39,471 bases of DNA from Escherichia phage vB_EcoM_SHAK9454: sequence record OR594184. The stretch is one strand, 5' to 3'. How positions within the stretch are numbered: position 1 is the first letter of the stretch; the number at the start of each line of letters is the position of its first letter. The position numbers and the translations under genes are program-made. A model generated the notes under the pieces. The model was given only the letters and a program-made list of their open reading frames with translations. It was not told where the DNA came from and searched no databases. Below, piece by piece: positions 36,112-39,471 of this stretch.

Positions 36112-38292
36112 ATGTCCACGATTACACAATTCCCTTCAGGAAACACTCAGTACAGGATAGAGTTCGACTACCTAGCCAGAACGTTTGTTGTTGTTACGCT
36201 GGTGAATAGCTCTAACCCTACCCTGAACCGTGTACTGGAAGTTGGTCGAGATTACCGATTCCTTAATCCAACGATGATTGAGATGTTGGCTGACCAATCA
36301 GGTTTCGACATCGTTCGTATTCACCGTCAGACTGGAACTGACTTAGTGGTAGACTTCAGGAATGGCTCAGTGTTGACAGCTAGTGACCTTACCAATTCAG
36401 AGCTTCAGGCTATCCATATTGCAGAAGAAGGTCGAGACCAAACGGTTGACTTAGCGAAGGAATATGCCGATGCTGCTGGTAGCTCTGCTGGCAACGCTAA
36501 GGATAGCGAGGACGAAGCACGCCGAATCGCTGCGAGTATCAAGGCAGCTGGTAAAATTGGCTATATTACCCGTAGCTCCTTCGAGAAAGGCTTCAACGTT
36601 ACAACATGGAACGAGGTCCTGCTATGGGAAGAGGATGGTGATTATTACCGCTGGGATGGTATGCTTCCAAAGAACGTTCCCGCTGGTTCAACTCCTGAAT
36701 CATCTGGTGGTATTGGGATGAGTGCGTGGGTTAGTGTTGGTGATGCGTCACTTAGAGCAAACCTGTCTGATAGCGATGGCGCTAAATACATAGGCAGTGG
36801 AGAAAGGACATTACTTGAGCACAACAATGATGTTTTGCACTCAAAAGACTTTCCAACACTGCAGGCAGCTATAGATGCATCTTTGCAAAAAAATGATCTA
36901 CTGGTGTCTCCTGGCAATTATACTGAAAAAGTTACTATTGGAAACGCGCAGTTAAAAGGTGTTGGCGGGGCCACGGTACTAAAAACTCCGGCAGACTTTA
37001 CAAACACTGTTCAGGTTAATTTAGCTACACCTCATTGGCAATTCCGCCATAGTGGTGGTTTTGCTATAGATGGTTCCGGGACAACCGGGGCCGTAGGTAT
37101 TAGTTTTGACCCGTCAGACCAATATTCCGGGCGTCATAATTTTAGTGATTTATACATCCACAACATCAACAAGGCCATTCAGAAGCCTTCCGGGAACATC
37201 GGCAATACGTGGAGAAGTATTGGGGTATCTACGTGTGATTGGGGGTATTACGCGATTAGTGGCTCGGAGATGCATTGCGGGGCCGATACCCTCTACAATA
37301 TCCACTTCGACGGCATCTCCACCTATGCCGTCTACCTAAACGGTACTGTCGATAACGGTGGGATAGGCGGATGGTGGCTTAAAGACTCCATTATTGAGGC
37401 TTCCGGAGGCGGCGGGATATACTTAAAAAGCAAATCGGGTGACTGTCCTACATCTCCATGCGGGGTATCCAATGTATGGATGGAAGCTATTGCAACATCA
37501 TCGGCTGTTCAGGTAGATGGCGTGGCGCAAAAACCGCGAGTTCTCAAGTTGGTAGACACCGCGATATTCTTTGCTGAGTATTCTTATCTCAACAACATCG
37601 AGCTATCCAACTCCAACTTAGTAACTTATGGTTGCCGTTTTGACAACGCTGATGGTAATCAGGATATTGTAGTGGATGCACAAAGCACCATTGTAGCCCA
37701 CGATGTGTATTTAAACGGCAGTTCTGGAAAGGACGTTATTGTAGAGTCTGTCGCGTCGCAATCCGCAACGATAGCCACTACAAACTTGTCTCTACGAGGA
37801 AATTTAACAAGGGGACGAGTGTTTAATACGCCGACGGGGAATAAGTTAAAAGCTATCACATTTGACTCAGGTAGCCATAATTTTTCTGGTAGCGGTACCG
37901 TTAACGGTTCGACTGTATCTGACGGACTTCACGCCGCTACATGTACCGAATTTTCATTCCCTGGGTCCGGTTTATATGAAATGGTAGCGTCAAGAACGAC
38001 ACTTACATCCGGTAGATGGTACGTGTGGGGCGTCAACTCTCGCCTCCAATCAGGAACAGCAGATGTGAGTATAACGTTAGGTATTACTATGGGTAGCGTT
38101 TATACTAAGTCTGGTGAGTGGATTAGCACTTTCGGTGTAGGAAAGGCATCTACCACTGGCACTGTAGCGCTATACGTTTCCACAGGAGGAGGTTCGGGAG
38201 CTACGGTCAGATTCAGTGACTTTTTCATCGCTGAGTTTACGACGCAAGCTCAGGCTTTATCTTTCGCCAATTCAAGGATGTCGTTATCATAA
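36112..38292 (+). CDS. Tail fiber / tailspike: T7 gp17-like N-terminal adaptor fused to a beta-helix (depolymerase-like) domain
   Basis: N-terminus YRIEFDYLARTFVVVTL...RDYRF...VDFRNGSVLTASDL...IHIAEEGRD is T7 gp17-like; remainder is G/N/S/T-rich with repetitive rungs; GC and codon usage drop from about 36780. Confidence 0.85.
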   Translation: MSTITQFPSGNTQYRIEFDYLARTFVVVTLVNSSNPTLNRVLEVGRDYRFLNPTMIEMLADQSGFDIVRIHRQTGTDLVVDFRNGSVLTASDLTNSELQAIHIAEEGRDQTVDLAKEYADAAGSSAGNAKDSEDEARRIAASIKAAGKIGYITRSSFEKGFNVTTWNEVLLWEEDGDYYRWDGMLPKNVPAGSTPESSGGIGMSAWVSVGDASLRANLSDSDGAKYIGSGERTLLEHNNDVLHSKDFPTLQAAIDASLQKNDLLVSPGNYTEKVTIGNAQLKGVGGATVLKTPADFTNTVQVNLATPHWQFRHSGGFAIDGSGTTGAVGISFDPSDQYSGRHNFSDLYIHNINKAIQKPSGNIGNTWRSIGVSTCDWGYYAISGSEMHCGADTLYNIHFDGISTYAVYLNGTVDNGGIGGWWLKDSIIEASGGGGIYLKSKSGDCPTSPCGVSNVWMEAIATSSAVQVDGVAQKPRVLKLVDTAIFFAEYSYLNNIELSNSNLVTYGCRFDNADGNQDIVVDAQSTIVAHDVYLNGSSGKDVIVESVASQSATIATTNLSLRGNLTRGRVFNTPTGNKLKAITFDSGSHNFSGSGTVNGSTVSDGLHAATCTEFSFPGSGLYEMVASRTTLTSGRWYVWGVNSRLQSGTADVSITLGITMGSVYTKSGEWISTFGVGKASTTGTVALYVSTGGGSGATVRFSDFFIAEFTTQAQALSFANSRMSLS

Positions 38293-38436
38293 AAACAACC
38301 TCAGCCGAAGCGGGTTATTTATCATCAGAACGGTATTGAATCATCGAAGGTTGTGGAGGTAGAGGCTAACTACACGTTGACCAACGTATGATAACAACTT
38401 TGGGTCACGGACGACCCGCTTTAAACTGGAGGTTTT

Positions 38437-38631
38437 ATGATTGAGTTAGACTTCAAGAATGAGGTCCTTAAAGCCTCTCCTATCGTCGGGACCGCTGCGG
38501 CTGATGGTGCCAGTCGGTTCTTCTTCGGACTTACACTGAACGAATGGTTCTACGTTGCAGCTATCGCGTACACCGTTGTCCAGATTGGTGTGCTAGTCTA
38601 TAAAACGATTAAAGGAGGTGGTAAAACATGA
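38437..38631 (+). CDS. Holin (T7 gene 17.5-like)
   Basis: ASPIVGTAAADGASRFFFGLTLNEWFYVAAIAYTVVQIG near-identical to recalled T7 gp17.5. Confidence 0.92.
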   Translation: MIELDFKNEVLKASPIVGTAAADGASRFFFGLTLNEWFYVAAIAYTVVQIGVLVYKTIKGGGKT

Positions 38632-38891
38632 CGCAGATGGACTTAGAGAAGTTCCTCTTGATGCTTGATACTGAGCGTGCTCGACTTATGCTGCAAGACT
38701 TGCGGGATGACACTAAGCGTTCACCTCAGCTCTACAACGCCATTGAGAAGCTGCTTGCTCGTCACAACTTTGTGATAAGCAAGGTGTCTGTTGACGAGAA
38801 GACGCTGGCTGATATGGAGGCCCTGAACGCAGAGTACGATAAGGTGCTTTCAGCGACTGAGGATAATGACACCGGGTATGGCGTTCAATAA
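38628..38891 (+). CDS. Terminase small subunit (T7 gene 18-like)
   Basis: 87 aa; ATG overlaps the holin stop; position before Rz and the terminase large subunit. Confidence 0.88.
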   Translation: MTQMDLEKFLLMLDTERARLMLQDLRDDTKRSPQLYNAIEKLLARHNFVISKVSVDEKTLADMEALNAEYDKVLSATEDNDTGYGVQ

Positions 38892-38894
38892 GTG

Positions 38895-38940
38895 TTAGAC
38901 TCAAGGTCATTACTGTATGTAGTGGCCTTTATGGTTAACA
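38895..38940 (+). promoter_or_regulatory. RNase III-like hairpin (late family, R18.5-like position)
   Basis: TAGACTCAAGGTCAT ... GTGGCCTTTATGGTTAAC. Confidence 0.5.
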
Positions 38941-38992
38941 CTAACTAGTGGAGGAGACTCTACGTGCAATCTGATAAACCGGGAGGGCAACT

Positions 38993-39442
38993 ATGCTCGA
39001 ATTTTTAAAGAGAGCGGCTCCGTGGTTACTTGCAGCAGTGATGTTTGCTGGTGGCTACCACACCGCTAACAATAAGTGGGAGGCTAAGGTAAATGAAGAA
39101 TACACCTCGAATCTTAAGGCATCGGAAGATACAAGGCTTGCTGTCCAAGCTGAAGTCAACAAAGTGTCCAAACGGTTTCAGGACGAAATGTCCTCGCTGG
39201 AAGGCAGCACTGATAGGATTATTGCTGATCTTCAGTCTGACAATAAGCGGCTGCGCATCCGAGTCAAGCCCACGAGTGGAACCACGCAAAGTGACGGTCG
39301 ATGCGTCATTGATGACTACGCCGAACTTGATGAACGAGATGCTAAACGTCTTATCGCCATCGGAGTGAAAGGAGACAAGTGGATTAAGGCCCTTCAGGAC
39401 ACTGTGAGAGCCTTACAGCAAGATAAGGAGGTGACGCATTGA
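38993..39442 (+). CDS. Rz-like i-spanin (T7 gene 18.5-like)
   Basis: 149 aa; N-terminal transmembrane segment APWLLAAVMFAGGY then charged coiled-coil-like region. Confidence 0.85.
   Translation: MLEFLKRAAPWLLAAVMFAGGYHTANNKWEAKVNEEYTSNLKASEDTRLAVQAEVNKVSKRFQDEMSSLEGSTDRIIADLQSDNKRLRIRVKPTSGTTQSDGRCVIDDYAELDERDAKRLIAIGVKGDKWIKALQDTVRALQQDKEVTH
39093..39368 (+). CDS. Rz1-like o-spanin lipoprotein nested in the +1 frame of Rz (T7 gene 18.7-like)
   Basis: Signal and lipobox ALIGLLLIFSLTISGC; the true start may be an internal codon of this frame. Confidence 0.6.
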   Translation: MKNTPRILRHRKIQGLLSKLKSTKCPNGFRTKCPRWKAALIGLLLIFSLTISGCASESSPRVEPRKVTVDASLMTTPNLMNEMLNVLSPSE

Positions 39443-39471
39443 GTAAAGACTTAGTGGCGCGTCAGGCGCTA
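39439..39471 (+). CDS. Terminase large subunit, 5' end (continues at 1..1731)
   Basis: AAGGAGG 39425-39431, then TTG 39439 (or GTG 39454) in a frame that runs off the window end in register with position 1. Confidence 0.7.
   Translation, partial: MSKDLVARQAL

Noticed and set aside
38293-38391. 32 stop-free codons in the tailspike frame just after its stop codon, possibly a vestigial ancestral fiber C-terminus
   Set aside because: A 32-codon open stretch is expected by chance about one time in five, and the translation does not resemble the recalled T7 gp17 C-terminus

Overview
The window is a complete, strictly lytic T7-like podovirus genome (Autographiviridae, Studiervirinae-type) of 39,471 bp, rotated so that it opens inside the terminase large-subunit gene. 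All genes are on the + strand in canonical T7 order. The two genome ends meet at 2616/2617 as two identical tandem 193-bp copies of the terminal repeat. The early region carries an Ocr-like anti-restriction gene with a C-terminal extension and no gene 0.7 kinase homolog, followed by the single-subunit RNA polymerase, gene 1.1, gene 1.2, DNA ligase and an early terminator. The DNA metabolism block holds gene 2, SSB, endonuclease I, lysozyme, primase-helicase, DNA polymerase and exonuclease, interrupted by two homing-endonuclease-like genes. The late block holds portal, scaffold, major capsid with a -1 frameshift extension (10B) and a T-phi-like terminator, tail tube A and B, internal core proteins, a mosaic tailspike, holin, terminase small subunit and nested Rz/Rz1 spanins. 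Eleven phage-specific promoters share the consensus TAAACTATCACTATAGG, and two families of conserved RNase III-like hairpins are present. No tRNA, CRISPR, integrase or repressor genes were seen. The most novel candidates are the mosaic tailspike with a low-GC beta-helix domain, the extended Ocr, several uncharacterised inserted ORFs, and a phage promoter directly upstream of the RNA polymerase gene. Protein identifications rest on recalled similarity to T7 proteins and motifs, not on database searches.
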